Source: Phoronis australis
Lineage: Eukaryota > Animalia > Phoronida
Direction of reading: 5' to 3'
Length of the DNA: 64,000 nt
NCBI GenBank assembly: GCA_002633005.1
Contig: NMRA01000475.1
Span: 262,938 to 326,937, forward strand
The position numbers were made by a program, and so were the translations under genes. Positions within the stretch are counted from its first letter, which is position 1. The number at the start of each line of letters is the position of its first letter. Below the pieces are notes generated by a model. That model did not search any database and was not told where the DNA came from. It worked only from the letters and a program-made list of their open reading frames with translations. Shown here piece by piece: positions 50,996-63,926 of the stretch.

Positions 50996-52250
50996 AGGCG
51001 AAGGCAACCTTTTTCCAGGTCATTTTTTACCAAAAATGAGGTTCGTTGATTATCCAAGACATGTTTTTCACTTATTTACTGCTTTTCGTAATTTTATTAA
51101 TTATTCGTCGTCTACTCCGGAAGTGACGTTTTGGGAGGCAAGAATTTCGCGCCAATTTCTTTTCATATAGTCTGACTGTGAGAGCAGTCGAGTCAGACAT
51201 TGTACTACCTCGGTTGTGATAAGTTCGGTCGTCGTTTGCTTTTGCTTACGAGTCAGTCAACATGCCACGCTGTTGATGCGTACTGGGGAGTACTCATTAT
51301 CGTCTCACGTACAGAGGAAGAACTGTCCCACTTGCCCGAGTGTCCCGCGACACACTCCCACACCTGGCACCTTCTAAATAGCTCCAATACAACACCACAA
51401 TAAACTTATCAAACTTAGGCTCACCGATCTGTTCATTGGGTGTCGAACTGGGCCTGTATTCACTCCCACTGCTCAACATCGCTGCAGGGCTGCTTACATG
51501 CTCTGGGCTAGAGACAACAGCACAGGGCGAATCACTGCTAGTTTCCGGAATTACACGCAACGGGGTACGTTCGGAGGCACGGGTGACTGTAGATGAAGTG
51601 CCTCCAGTCACTGTATATAGTGGCCACAGCTCGCGAGGCTTCTTGCTTCAGAAACGCACTTCTCAGGGTTGGCGACGGGGCACTGCCGGGAATCAACAGC
51701 GACGGTATGGTATCCTTCTTCAGGCGATGTTTTGCAGGGACCGTCATCAATTCAGCGTACATATCTTTGTCGTAATCTAACGGCAGAAAATGCTTGCCAC
51801 ACACTCGGTAACCCTCCACTGCTTAATTTGCACGTTGCGTGGACGGGTAACTCTGCGTTCTTCACATGAACGAGCTAGCCAAGTACGGCGAAGTGTGTGT
51901 CATCCTTCGGAAAGCGTCGCAAGGTACCCAAAGCGCGTGTGAGACGATAATGAGTACATCCCGGTACGAAGCAACAGCGTGGCATGTTGACTGACTTGTA
52001 AACAAAAGCAAACGACGACCGAACTTATCACAACCGAGGTAGAACAATGAGTGACTCGACAGCCCTCACAGTCAGACTATAATGAAAAGAAATTGGCGCG
52101 AAACTCTTGCCTCCCAAAACGTCACTTCCGTAGTAGAGGACGAGAAATTAATCAAATTACGAAAAGCTGTGATTAAGTGAAAAATGTGTCTGGTATAATC
52201 AACGAACCTTATTTTGCTAAAAATGACATGAAAAAAGGTTGCCTTCGTCT
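50996..52250 (-). mobile_element. Kolobok-type foldback element (family B) with about 312-bp TIRs and a THAP relic
   Basis: TTAA|AGGCGAAGGCAACC...GGTTGCCTTCGTCT|TTAA. Arms 50996-51308 and 51939-52250 are inverted copies. Confidence 0.88.
51690..51985 (-). pseudogene. Frameshifted THAP domain inside Kolobok family B
   Basis: MPRCCFVPGC...LRRFPKDD (frameshift) LRRTWLAR...(frameshift) YRVCGKHFLPLDY...RLKKDTIPSL, giving C2CH plus an AVPTIF-like box. Confidence 0.8.
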
Positions 52251-53534
52251 TTAAAGTAATACAGTTGCAGCAGTGTAACTAACACTTGGCATACAACCAG
52301 GCCCTAAACGTAAAATCTGGAACGAAACATTACTGTTAATTAAATGGCACTTGTGTTTCAGTTTTCAGTTGCTGAATACTATATTGTCTGCAACTCAGGC
52401 GCTGATTCCTAGGAAACTACAATATCAAATACTGTTGTTTTTTAACTATTTCCTGGAGATGTTACAAGTTCACGCACAGTTGCCGCTGTTTTCATCTTTG
52501 TTACCTCTTTTCAAGAAATAAATCGTTACTCTTAAAAGTGTTTCCTTTACACGAGAAAATTTGCAACCTAGAACGTGCAACATGAGTACATACATATAGG
52601 ATATGATCCGCCATGTGAACAGTCTGGTTGAATTATTTAAAAAATATGCCGAAAAATGTAAGAAACTTAGGAATTCGAAGCTCATCACCCCGGCCAACCC
52701 GCGATCGCGAACGACCGGAAGGCGATCGAGAAAAAGGGCGCGAGAAGCGAAGCCAGGCAAGGTGAGTAAATTTGACGAATTTTCGTTGTTTTTACTTCCA
52801 ATGTGAAAACAGAGACATGACTTCAAGGCGTAACACATTTAGGAAGGGCAGGTAGAGGTTTAGGCTAGTGTCTCTCCCTATTATAGGAGAAAAGTTACGT
52901 TGACCGACGCATCGCTTAAGCCGAAGATGATTTGAATGTCATTTTGGCAAATTGCCGTTATTTTTAGCACTAAATCAATAAATTGACCATGATGTTATGA
53001 AGAAATGACGTATGAAAATTTAACGCAGTGCTTGTTTTTTTTTGTTGTTTTGTCAGGATCTCTGACTTTTTCGACCCTTTTTTGTTGAAAGATGCGATCG
53101 AGAACGCAACGATAAGCGATCGGGAACGCAAGTATCGACATCGAGTTTTTCTTTTCCTTGTAACATTTTGATCTCTCCGTGACACCCATATTCTTTTGAA
53201 GGGCTTTTCGCCATTCTTTGGACAGAAGACTTGCCCACTTGTAAATCGCTTACGACCTCTCTCATACATTTGTGATTCCCGGGTTGTTCTCTTGGGATCA
53301 AATTAGTTTTTCCACACGATCCTCGTTTTCTTTCGAACATGCACTGTCTTGTGTATCCCACTGCCACTTTTACGCGCACAGACTGTCAGGAGTGGACTGA
53401 CACTGTGAGTAGTTTCATTATTTTGTTCTATTGTTCTGTTTGTGTTATTGATTGGCATAACTCCTGAGGTCAGCACAGTGATGATGTAATTTGTTTACTA
53501 CAGAATAGTGTGGAATATTCTTGAAGAATCTAGC

Positions 53535-53630
53535 ACAGGCCCGTAGCCAGGGGTGAGGGGTTCGGAGGGTTCGATCGAGCCCCCCCCCCCCCCNNCCCCC
53601 CCCCCCCCGCTGAAAAGGTCCAGCCCCAGC
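53535..53630 (+). mobile_element. 5' end of a CAGGCCCGTAGCCAGG-type MITE
   Basis: caggcccgtagccagggg...ggagggttcg..cgagccccc...aaaaggtcc. A complementary-type 3' end (ctggctacgggactg) occurs at 57383-57397. Confidence 0.45.
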
Positions 53631-55084
53631 CTCTCCGTTAAAGATACTATATATACACACACAACAACAACAAAATTGTTGCATTGCAGCTACTCGTACT
53701 ACTAACTACAATGAGAACCAATTTAGTAATAATTTTGAATGTTTGATTCAAGGTGCTTCACATAATCATCGGGCCGTGCCTTTTCAACTACACCCGAGTG
53801 GTGTTTGGCAATACGTAAGTGACAGTATCTTGGTTGATACTTCAATTTTCCAACTTCATTCTCTTTTAGAAATGCAAGTTCGTACTCATGTTTTCGTATG
53901 TCGGCAATTTCGCATGCGCATGAAATCCAAATTAAGTGTTTTATTACCCGGGCGTTGTTTTCGGTAAAGCTGCAACATTGAGCGCATCTAATAACGTTTG
54001 TAAACACGACCAAGATTTCGCCCGTGTTTTACGACCGAAATTGTTCGCCCATAATTATGCTCGCGATTCCGACCGAGGCGTCGCTCCGAAATCGTTCGTC
54101 CGTAATTACGCTCGTGATTCCGACCAAAACTTCGCGGCTGGTGTTTTACGACCGGAATCGCTATGTCCAATAAGAAATTGGTTTATTGGTCATGTGATCT
54201 CTAAAGAAGTTTTCGTATTTTTCGCTCGTAATTTTAGCAAGTATAGTCATTATATTTAAGTACGAGTCCACGACACAACCACCCATTAAATCAATACGCA
54301 GTTGATATTGTTTTTGTTATGTAAATGGTTCGTTTGCGCATGTCTTGGATGTAGAGTGAGTGATTTACCACCAACATTTGGAAATTCTACTACACAACCC
54401 CATAAAAGCCGTTTTGAACCAGTGTTTTTTGCAATGTCATATGTCTTCTGCACGCATTGTTCAGAGCAAGAGAAAGAAACTTTGTCTAAATAAATGAAAA
54501 AGCATGATTATTTAAAAAAATGATGTAAAAGCTTGTCAGACAACCTGCTAGATATACATTTTGGCACTTCAATATATACTAAAACGGATCTATTTCAAGT
54601 GCCTGGGATGGATAGGGCAGCAAGCAAAAATGTTTCTGTCAATCTTTGATATTGTAAACCTTTTGCATGTATACTTTGCACCTGAGATTTTACCTTCTGA
54701 ATACTTCATAACATATGTAATTACGAATGTAAAACTACGAGCGAAAATGTGAGCGTAAAATTATGAGCGCAACCTCGTCAGAGCCCACGTAACCAATAAA
54801 CCACGAGCGAAGTTTCGGTCGTAATTACGCGCGACATTTTCACCAGTACTGCCCGCGATATATTCTGGGCCAAATTACATGCGAATTTGAGCTGCGTTCT
54901 TTGCGAGCAGCCGTTACGGGATCCTGATTTCTAGTATCACAATTTTCATCTTATCTCATGACGGCGACATCCCGTTGCTCCCAACTTGTTCGATTGTATA
55001 GCCCAACAACAAGTTGGGAAGTTCACCCCCCATAGCCAATTAACTCCATTCTGATGTTGATGGTTGGAGGGCCTGTGCTCTTTT

Positions 55085-57106
55085 GTTTACTCTGCGCGTG
55101 TAAGCGCAGAGTACTGTTGTTCCTGGGTTTTCTTCAATTTTATTCTTATTCTTCTTATTACTCTGCGCATCAAAGCGCAGAGTACTGTTCTTCCTGGGTT
55201 TTCTTCAATTTTATTCTTCTTATTCTTATTCTTATTCTTATTCTTCTTCCGACCTACTTTGACGCTTAATAACTCCAAAATGGTTGCAGGTATGTTCTTC
55301 AAATTTAAAATATGATGTTAGGCAGTAAATAAATTTAGATTCATTATATATTCATATTCCGTAATGCACCGGAAGAGGTAGTTTGGTGCAAAGGTCATAT
55401 AATTTTCAAAATACTACTCCTTCAGTTATTAAGCTATCTTTTTCAAATTCGGTGCACAGGTATAAGTCAACATGACAATTTAAAAAATTACTTTTCTAAG
55501 TAATCGGGTCATCAAATCAGGTGAAATAGGTCAAAGGTCATTAGGTGCAAACTAAAATTTTGAGCTAGACACTTCAAATTGACAGGTCTGATTGCCACAG
55601 GTAAATCAAATCGGAATCTAAAGTTTCAGGTCATTTGGTGCAAACATGGGGTCATTAGGTGCATTTTTCTTCTGAAAATTTAACCTTTTCAATCAGCAAG
55701 TATTCTGATAAGTCAACCGTTAGCCAATTGTGATTCTCAGCGTAAACCACATTTTTCATGGGCTTTTTAATAGGTAATTTCTCCGACAATTTTAAAGAAT
55801 TCGTTTTCATATTGGTAAACGGGATGCTGTCAGTAACTTCCCATAATAATTCTAGTAATACGCTTTCGCAGAGTCCGTTATTGTCACGCCGTGACAATAA
55901 TCTATCTAGTTCTTCTTTTTCTTCTTCTTATTCTTCTTCCGACCAACTTTGAGGCTTAATAACTCCAAATTGGGTGCAGGTACGGTCTTTAAATTCAGCA
56001 TATGACTTTTCACAGTATATAGATTTTGATTGGTTATATAATCATATTCCATATTGCACCGGAAGAGGTCGTTTGGTGCAAAGGTCATATAATTTTCAAA
56101 ATGCTACTCCTCTTTTAGTTTTGAAGCTATCTTTTTCAAATTCGGTGCACAGGTATAAGTCAACATAACAATTTAAAAAAAATTACTTTTCTAAGAAATC
56201 GGGTCATCCAATCAGGTGAAATAGGTCAAAGAAGATTATGTGCAAACTAAAATTTTGAGCTAGACTCTTCAAACTCACAGGTCTGATTGGCACAGGTAAT
56301 TCAATTCGGAATCCAAAGTTTCAGGTCATTTAGTGCAAACATGGGGTCATTGGGTGCATTTTTCTTCTGAAAATTTGACCTTTTCAATCAGCAATATTTT
56401 GATGTGTCAACGGTTAGACAACTGTGAAACTCAGTAGTAAACACATTTTTCATGGGCTTTGCAATAATTCTCCTAAAGACGCTTATAATGCACCGGATAG
56501 GGCCAATTAGTGCAAAGGTCATGTAACGTTCAAAATGTTATATCTCTTAGATTTTTCAAGGAATTCTTTTCAATTTCAGCACATTGGTGTAAGTCAACAT
56601 GCCAATTAAATACCCTACTTTACTTCGCAATAGGCCTAACAAATCAGAAAAAATAGGTCAAAGGTCATTAGTGCAAACTAAAATTTTGAGCGAGAGACTT
56701 CAAAATTACATACCTGTTTATTAAGTGCGATTGAGTTTGAATTCTAAATTTTCATGTCATCTGGTGTACCCATGGGGTCATTAGGTGCATTTTTCTTCTG
56801 AAAGTTTAACCAATTCATTCATCTTGTATTCTGAAGTGCTTAAGGTAAAACATCTGTGATTCTTATCATTAACCACACTTTAAATCGAGTTTACAATTAT
56901 TCCCTCGTCGGGGTTCATAATGCACCGGAAGAGGTCAATTAGTGGAAAGGTCATCAAAATATTAACATGTAATTTCTCTTACATTTTTTAAGAATTCCTT
57001 TTCATATTGGTAAACGGGTTGCTGTCAGTAACTTCCCAAAACAATTCCAGTAATACACACGCGCAGAGTCCATTATTCTCACGCCGTGACAATAATCTTT
57101 CTAGTT
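55085..57106 (+). mobile_element. Tandem dimer of a Helentron-associated non-autonomous element (HINE-like) with internal repeats
   Basis: Head stem ACTCTGCGC..GCGCAGAGT (duplicated at about 55089 and 55160), a (ttc/tta) microsatellite and internal repeats. The 3' module gcgcagagt...TTGTCACGCCGTGACAA hairpin...CTAGT occurs at both 55910 and 57105. Confidence 0.8.
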
Positions 57107-57415
57107 GATAATTGCTCTAATCTCCGATCAGATCGTATCTAGCCTGACTGGAGTGGGCTGATAAAAATGAAAGTTAAGTTAAGCCAGATATTATCGCACG
57201 TTCAGCACCCCTCACGTCTGGAAAAGTTACTGAACGACAGGACGCTGTAATGTCAGGATTGTAGAGCTGATAGCCCCCTAATTCAGCTGCGTCAAGGGCC
57301 TTACCGATAATTCTGCAGTGTCGACGTGTGCAAAATATCAAAGGTCCACCTTTCTGGAAATTCGAACCACCACCGCGCAATGCTGGCTACGGGACTGTAG
57401 CATACGAGTGATTAA

Positions 57416-57823
57416 TGTAATCTGGAATATTCTAGAGCCTAGTATATGTCTGTAGAATGATTGGGTAGAGTCCGGTAAGCTCTAGAACAATGCATTAGTC
57501 TATAAATATACAAGCACGGGTTTGTATTAGTCAGTTAAGCAGTTAAAGAGTTAAAAGTTGAAAGTCAGTTACAAGAGCGTTCAGTACAGTTGAGTTGCTG
57601 AAAGTGTCTCAGAAGTTCATCACAAGTCAAGGCTTCGCATCACTGGCTGCAGTGTAGAACAGATATTACGTCGGACGTTTTGTTTGAGTAGGCTTGTGAA
57701 CGTAGGATCGAAATTAATAAAGCGATTAATTCAAACCAGTCTTCAGTCTATTGTCGCACCGAAAGCTATTAGCACAGGTATGTAACAACCTGTACCCACC
57801 CACACACGGGGAAAAACGTGACA
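57416..57823 (+). mobile_element. Probable solo LTR
   Basis: TGT...ACA ends, TATAAATA at about 57501, cagtt repeats downstream and AATAAA at about 57716. No clean TSD, and the 5' boundary is uncertain. Confidence 0.5.
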
Positions 57824-58134
57824 CAGACCCTTTGTTGCTTATTTAAGCAAAAAGTATATTTACAGTGGCACAAGTCCACCCTTTTCCTGGGAACTCCCTT
57901 GCGATTCTTCTTTCGCCCCACCCGTTCTCCTTGAAACAGATTTCAATAGTATTAATTATCCTTTTCCCTCAAAGGCATCCTTAAAAACCGGAATATTGGA
58001 CAGAACTGATACTGATGGAGAAATGATAATAAAAAATAATAGACTTGAGATTCAGACAGACATTTTTGACGGACAGATGTCAGCACAACATGAAAACGAT
58101 GAAAGTCGCCGTGATATTACATTTTTCACCCTGC

Positions 58135-58300
58135 TGTATTGAATTTCACAGTACTTCCATAACTATTTATATTTCTCTGAAATACTTTGTAGACTTGTTG
58201 ATGACACCCTGAAGATACATTGTGAAAAATTTGAACGAGTTCGGTTGGTCAATTGCTGAGAAATTACTTGTCAAAAAGTGGCTACTTTTTGTGTCACCTG
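58135..58300 (-). mobile_element. Tc1/mariner-like TIR arm
   Basis: Reverse complement reads caggtgacacaaaaagtagccactttttgacaagtaatttctcagcaa, matching the arm at 48837. Confidence 0.55.
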
Positions 58301-58509
58301 ATATATCTACAACACTCGCCCCTAGCCAAGACACTTGGCATTTTTTGTTTAGTCACAGGGCATACTTGGAGAAACCGTTATGAACAATTTCTATAAAATT
58401 GACAATTGATTCACCCCAAATCTCTGCATCGTAGCTTAAAATTGATAGAATCGTGCCTGCTAAACACGTATTTTGTACGTATACGCCGGTAGCAGTTCTC
58501 GCAAGCAAA

Positions 58510-58990
58510 TGACCCCAGAAACAATGTCCAATTTTGGGACATCATATCTCAGAAATGGCCGCTTGGATTCACTTGAGACTTTCAGGTACTATGCTTAATG
58601 CCCTGTTCTCTAAAAAGGTCCACTTTGCATGAAAGGTTATCAAAATTGGGACTTATATGATTTTTATGAAAAAAAAATTAAGTTGTATGGAAGGAAATGA
58701 TCACGCTACTTTAGAAAATTGTAACACCGTTTTTGAAATTTTATCTTAAACATTAACTTCATATCATCCAAATTTGCTTATGTTATTGATCCACTTGTTT
58801 TGCTATGAAAGTATCTTTCTTTTGTATTAAATTTTACTAAATAGTGTGGTCACGTGACCTAATTAATGACAGAGCGGCACAAAGTCAAAAACTAAATATT
58901 ACGGAGTTTCTGCTTTCGGCCGGTACTTTTGCTGAGTTAAATTCTGTGATTTTGTAGATATTTGTCGACAACTTTAAAAATTGACTATTT
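58510..58990 (+). repeat. Old dispersed repeat family, copy 3
   Basis: Shares anchors with 12900-13300 and 17400-17830. Confidence 0.55.
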
Positions 58991-60004
58991 TTGCTGAGAA
59001 CACTGTTGAGTTTGCTTCTTGACAATGAATGGTTGTGCTCAGGTTGCTTCATTAGCGTAGACTAGACGCGGTGAACTGTTACCTTAGTCTGCTTCCTGAT
59101 CATTGACTTTATTGCGAAACAACTAGAACTCAGAGCCCGCATAAAAATTGTCAAGTCCTCAACACAATTTGCATCGTATGATTTTGCATGTTTTGCAAGC
59201 GAGTATGCTCGAAGTTTTACCTCATGAACTTATATACTTGCCATCACTGTGACCAGGTAGCTGAATTATGCCGCACAGTGCTGCCCGTGATTTTGCCTTC
59301 TTTAGTAGTTTTCATAAATAACTGTTGTCGTTAAGTTGACTCTCTAATCATACCCAACGGAGTTGTCAGTAGTAGTAGTAAAATGTTTATTTTACATCGG
59401 TATGGAACAGGTGAACAGCAAAAGAGTACCACAAGTGCTAGTAACCGATATAAAATGAGAAATAAATATGTAGTTGACAGCGTAGGCACATTTGGCATTC
59501 ACAAGCTTGGCGTAGGCCTATATGACGACTTAACTCATTAATAAAGGTATTGAGATCTTGGCAACATCATACATTCAGGTAACTTGTTTCATAAATATGC
59601 CCCCTGGTGTTTAATAGAATTAAGCCCATGCATGGGAGAGTAGGGTGGTGAACCTTATCAAACGCATGCAGTGTTTTTTCCCCAGTACCTCATACGTCAG
59701 ACGTCTGAGAGCAAAACAGCCACCCCAAGACATTGTAGCCTTTGAACAAAAAGCGGAGTGGATTTTGATTTAGACTATAATGAGACTATGCCCCGGGAAT
59801 ACCGTGGTCATTGAAAACAAATTTTAAGACCCGATATTGAATCAGTCTTTTCTTGGAGTAACATGGTCCTTTTCAGTAAACGAATAATTTGTCTACGATC
59901 AAAGAGATGATTACAGGAGAGCCTTGCAAATCGGTCGATCTCGCCTCAAGTTTTGCCCTTGCTTGTCCACGGTCTTCGGGTCATTCAACTCATCATGTAT
60001 GCTT

Positions 60005-60110
60005 TTAGGATGACGTCATTATGAGCGTTTTCTATTTTTAGAAGAATTACATCCGGGCTAGCGGTTCAAAATACATGCGCAGTAGCTTGTAAGCCGCCAT
60101 TTTTGTCATC
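60005..60110 (+). promoter_or_regulatory. Putative core promoter of the PPM1 gene
   Basis: Clustered CRE TGACGTCA (60011-60018), ETS-like ACATCCGG (60049-60056), NRF1-like CATGCGCA (60074-60081) and YY1 GCCGCCATTTT (60093-60103), about 370-460 bp upstream of the ATG. Confidence 0.65.
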
Positions 60111-60471
60111 GTTACGAGGTTTGGTCGAGATTGGAGTGTTGCAAGTTAAGAGCAATCAGAGGTTCTGGTTCTGGGTTTTCCCAAGTTTATAATGAAAAAA
60201 CTTGGGAGTAGTGTTCGGGATACGAGAAGGAACAATTGTCAACAATAGTGTTTGTGCCATAGGGTGCGCTGAATTATGTTTCGGTGACGGGTCAAGTTTG
60301 TAATTACCGTTCCTGCAGTGTTTGTTTAGCAAAACCGCAATTCATCGAACTGTTTTTAAACTGTATATTTAGTCGTTCATCAATCTTCGTGAAACCGTTG
60401 AAACTATTGTGTCATTTTCATGATATTGTTACTTTCAAAAGTGCTCAGTAAGTCCAATATCTAATTTGAAA

Positions 60472-61305
60472 ATGGGAGCCTTTCTCGATAAGCCAAAGAC
60501 TGATAAAGTGAACGATAGAGGAAGTGGAAATGGCATTCACTTCGGACTCAGCAGTATGCAAGGTTGGAGAGTGGAAATGGAAGATGCACACTGTGCTAAT
60601 TTGAATGTACCTGGCCTGAAGGACTGGTCATTTTTTGCGGTTTTTGATGGCCATGCAGGCTCAAAAGTTTCAGCACATTGTGCTGAACATTTACTAGGGT
60701 CAATTCTTGCTAATGATAAATTCAAAGGAACTAATGCATCAACTAGCCCTACTATGAATAATGTGATACAAGGGATTAGACAGGGATTTCTCGACTTAGA
60801 TGAAAAAATGCGCAAAATACCAGACATGGACAGTGGAGAGGATAAAAGTGGGTCAACTGCTGTTTGCTGTATGATTAGTCCTTCATCTGTAATATTTGGA
60901 AATTGCGGTGACTCCAGAGGAGTACTAGTACGGGATGGCAAGGTGTTTTTTTCGACTCAGGATCACAAACCAATCAATCCTGTTGAAAAAGAACGTATTC
61001 AAAATGCTGGCGGTAGCGTGATGATACAAAGAGTTAATGGTTCTCTGGCTGTGTCCCGAGCTCTGGGCGACTTTGAATATAAAAATGTTCTAGATAAGTC
61101 ACCCATTGAGCAGTTAGTGTCGCCAGAGCCAGAAATGGAAGCCATAGAGAGAACTGCACAAGATGAATTCATAGTTCTGGCATGTGATGGTATCTGGGAT
61201 GTGATGACCAATGATGATCTAGCCGGCTTTATCCATAACCGTATGCTGCTAACAGATAATTTGGCTATGATATGTAATGATGTGGTTGACACCTGTCTTT
61301 ATAAG
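60472..61305 (+). CDS. PPM1A/PPM1B: Protein phosphatase 1A/1B (PP2C alpha/beta), first coding exon (278 codons)
   Basis: MGAFLDKPK start (Gly2 myristoylation type) and the motifs [50 protein letters not shown] and LACDGIWDV. Ends ...VDTCLYK|gtttgt. Confidence 0.97.
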
Positions 61306-63302
61306 GTTTGTAAATCTTTGGTGATATTATCATATGTTGTTCGAAGTTCTACATAAAGTCATTTCTTTTGTACAATGTATTAGTAGCATGTACTGTATTC
61401 AATACATATCACATTCCAGTTTACTTCATTTCAGAATTTCTGGAAAAATCATGTGCTGCCATATACTAATTAGTGGTTGTTTTGCATGTCAGTCTTCATG
61501 TTTTGCATGTCAGTCTTCATGTTTTTTCAAGCAAAATCTTTTGATTTATTTCCTACTTCTGAGACATTCACCTAATAATCATGAGACATACATTACGTAA
61601 TGAATATCTGAATTTAATTAAGATGCGAGCACTGACTTATAGTTGGGGCAAGGGAAACATCTCCCAGTGGTTGGTTTTGCGGTAAAGTGGGCCCTCAATC
61701 TTAGTTACTGTACTGGCATTTCAATAGTATGTTTGCTCCGAAGCATCTGAAAGTAATTGGGGGCATCCAAAGTTAGTCATTTCTTAGCCACATAGCAAGT
61801 TGAGCCTTTAGATGATTTCACTTGGCAGCTATGACATGTTGGATTTTAATCTAGCTGATAGGTATAAACTAAGATAAAAACTAGATCCCTAGCTAGATTT
61901 GGTTGCATAATTTAGCAGCTGCTTAGTTGGCTATTTTTAGACACACCCCCACGATTAAAACTGCACTCCAAGCCAAATTCCAGTTGGCCAAAGGTCCTTT
62001 GAAATTGAAGGTTTATTTTGATGTGTTTTGCGTACTTTAAGTGCACTAAGAAATTTTGGTAGTAATGTATGTTGTCATGATTGAAACTGTTCCTTTAGCA
62101 TCTCTCAATAGTAACCAACTTAGTTGGCAAATTGGCCCACTACATTTATTTAATGAATTCAGCTTTGGGCGTTATGCATGTCCCTGTTTTCCTATTGTTG
62201 AGAGCCAATCTCTCCAGGTGTTTGTGGAATTTCCACTCTCATTTTGAGGTCATGCAGTGATGTGTGTAACACCTGTCACAGTTGGCTCTGAACTTCAACC
62301 TGTCTTTGATACAGAAGTCGGAGGTTTTGTTGGTTCAGATTTCACACAAGTAACTATGTGTGTTGTTACTTTCACTGCAATGCAACTATCAGGTTGTGTG
62401 CTGACTGCACTTTCTACTTAGGAGGGGTATAGAAATGTACTGGTCCAAGGACATGGGCCAGTGAAATTTGGCTGTATCTAGTTTGAGCTGGCTAGACCGA
62501 TGTCTAGCGAATATTGAAGCGGGATAGTGAAATACATTGTCTCAGTAGCCTGATACCTCAGACTGACATCTTTCCGTAGTCTTAGCACAGCCTCCGTACT
62601 GCCTGTCAGTGACCGTCTCGAGGAGTCGACATACCATGATGAACTTGGGGAAAACACACGATGCATGCCCAGCTCAAATGGGGATGTCATTTGTTTCCCA
62701 GCCCCAAACACATGAATCCCTTGACGACATGCAGCCTTTGCCACAACATTACAATCACGTGTGACCATTCCAAAACTGAATCGTGATTGGTCGACAGGCA
62801 AATTGGACGAGATCGTCTTCCGAACATCAGAGGCTCAGAAGCAGGATGAAGGGGGTAAAAACAATTAAACGATTCCCTCACAAAATGATTTTTAGTTGAT
62901 TTGAGTTATATTCAGACAGCAATAATAGAAAATTCTAATGTTCTGTGTCGCACCTTTCAAGACCGCGAAGATGGCACTAGCTGCACATTGACCGTAACCG
63001 CTAAATCCATCTACCGTATTACTGCGGTCCCACTTATACTGTCATAACTGGGTCATTACTGTGCTATCCACCTGCTCAGGAAACGTGTAGATTTTTTCAC
63101 AATATCAGTTTTACATCAATATTACTCCTTTTTTAATTAACAAACTTCGAAGTTCACGCTTTTTGCTGACTTAGCACAAAATCTGGATACATGTCGCTGA
63201 CATCTAGTAATGGTAACAATCAATTACTTATCATGACAGAGGAGCCAACACTTGAAATATTTAATGCACAGTGTGCTGTTGTCTTTTGTTATTACAAAAG
63301 CA

Positions 63303-63440
63303 CAGGAGGGTGCCATGTGGATGGCCACCGATACTGAGTGGAAACAGAAGTAGGAGGGTGCCATGTGGATGGCCACCGATACTGAGTGGAAACAGAAGCA
63401 GGAGGGTGCCATGTGTATGGCCACTGATACCAAGTGGGAT
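63303..63440. repeat. 48-bp minisatellite, about 2.8 copies, in the PPM1 intron
   Basis: Units start at 63303, 63351 and 63399 (aggagggtgccatgtg...). Confidence 0.9.
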
Positions 63441-63926
63441 CAGAAGTGGATGAATCTCCATCACCCTCTTTTAAATGAAAGTTTTAACTGAAGGTCATAG
63501 TTTTCATTCAAGCAAATCAAAGACAAAGTACAAAACAGCGCAAACACTAAAGCTGCATTTTTTGCCGTGCATACATCCTAGATCGAAATATATCATAGCT
63601 AAGGAATATATGGGCAGATTAGCTTCTTCCATGGATCATCAATGGTGACGAGTGACATGACAAGGCAGGACCAGTAAATTGTTTTACTGGTGGTGACCAG
63701 TGAGGTACAAACATTTCTATACCCCTGTTTAGTTCCAAGACAACAATTCAGGATTGTCATTGATTTGTCTTTGTATCATAATGGTACATTTCATGATTTT
63801 ACAGCACTTTGCCTCAAATGTAGCCCTGCATTATCTGTTGAAAACATTGCTGCTTTCAAGTGCTTTGTGTGTGTGTGTGAAAGTTAGCCTTCATTGCCTT
63901 AAACCTGCATTTTTGTCTATTTATAG

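Noticed and set aside
60537-61292. Antisense ORFs over the PPM1 exon
   Set aside because: They are shadow frames of the real coding exon with no recognisable motifs.
60466-61356. ORF-track limits for PPM1 (TTG start, VCKSL... tail)
   Set aside because: The conserved MGAFLDKP start is at 60472, and the tail after 61305 is intronic.
62630-62785. Intronic C/D-box snoRNA (ATGATGA...CTGA)
   Set aside because: There is no terminal stem, the spacing is long, and I recognise no rRNA-complementary guide.
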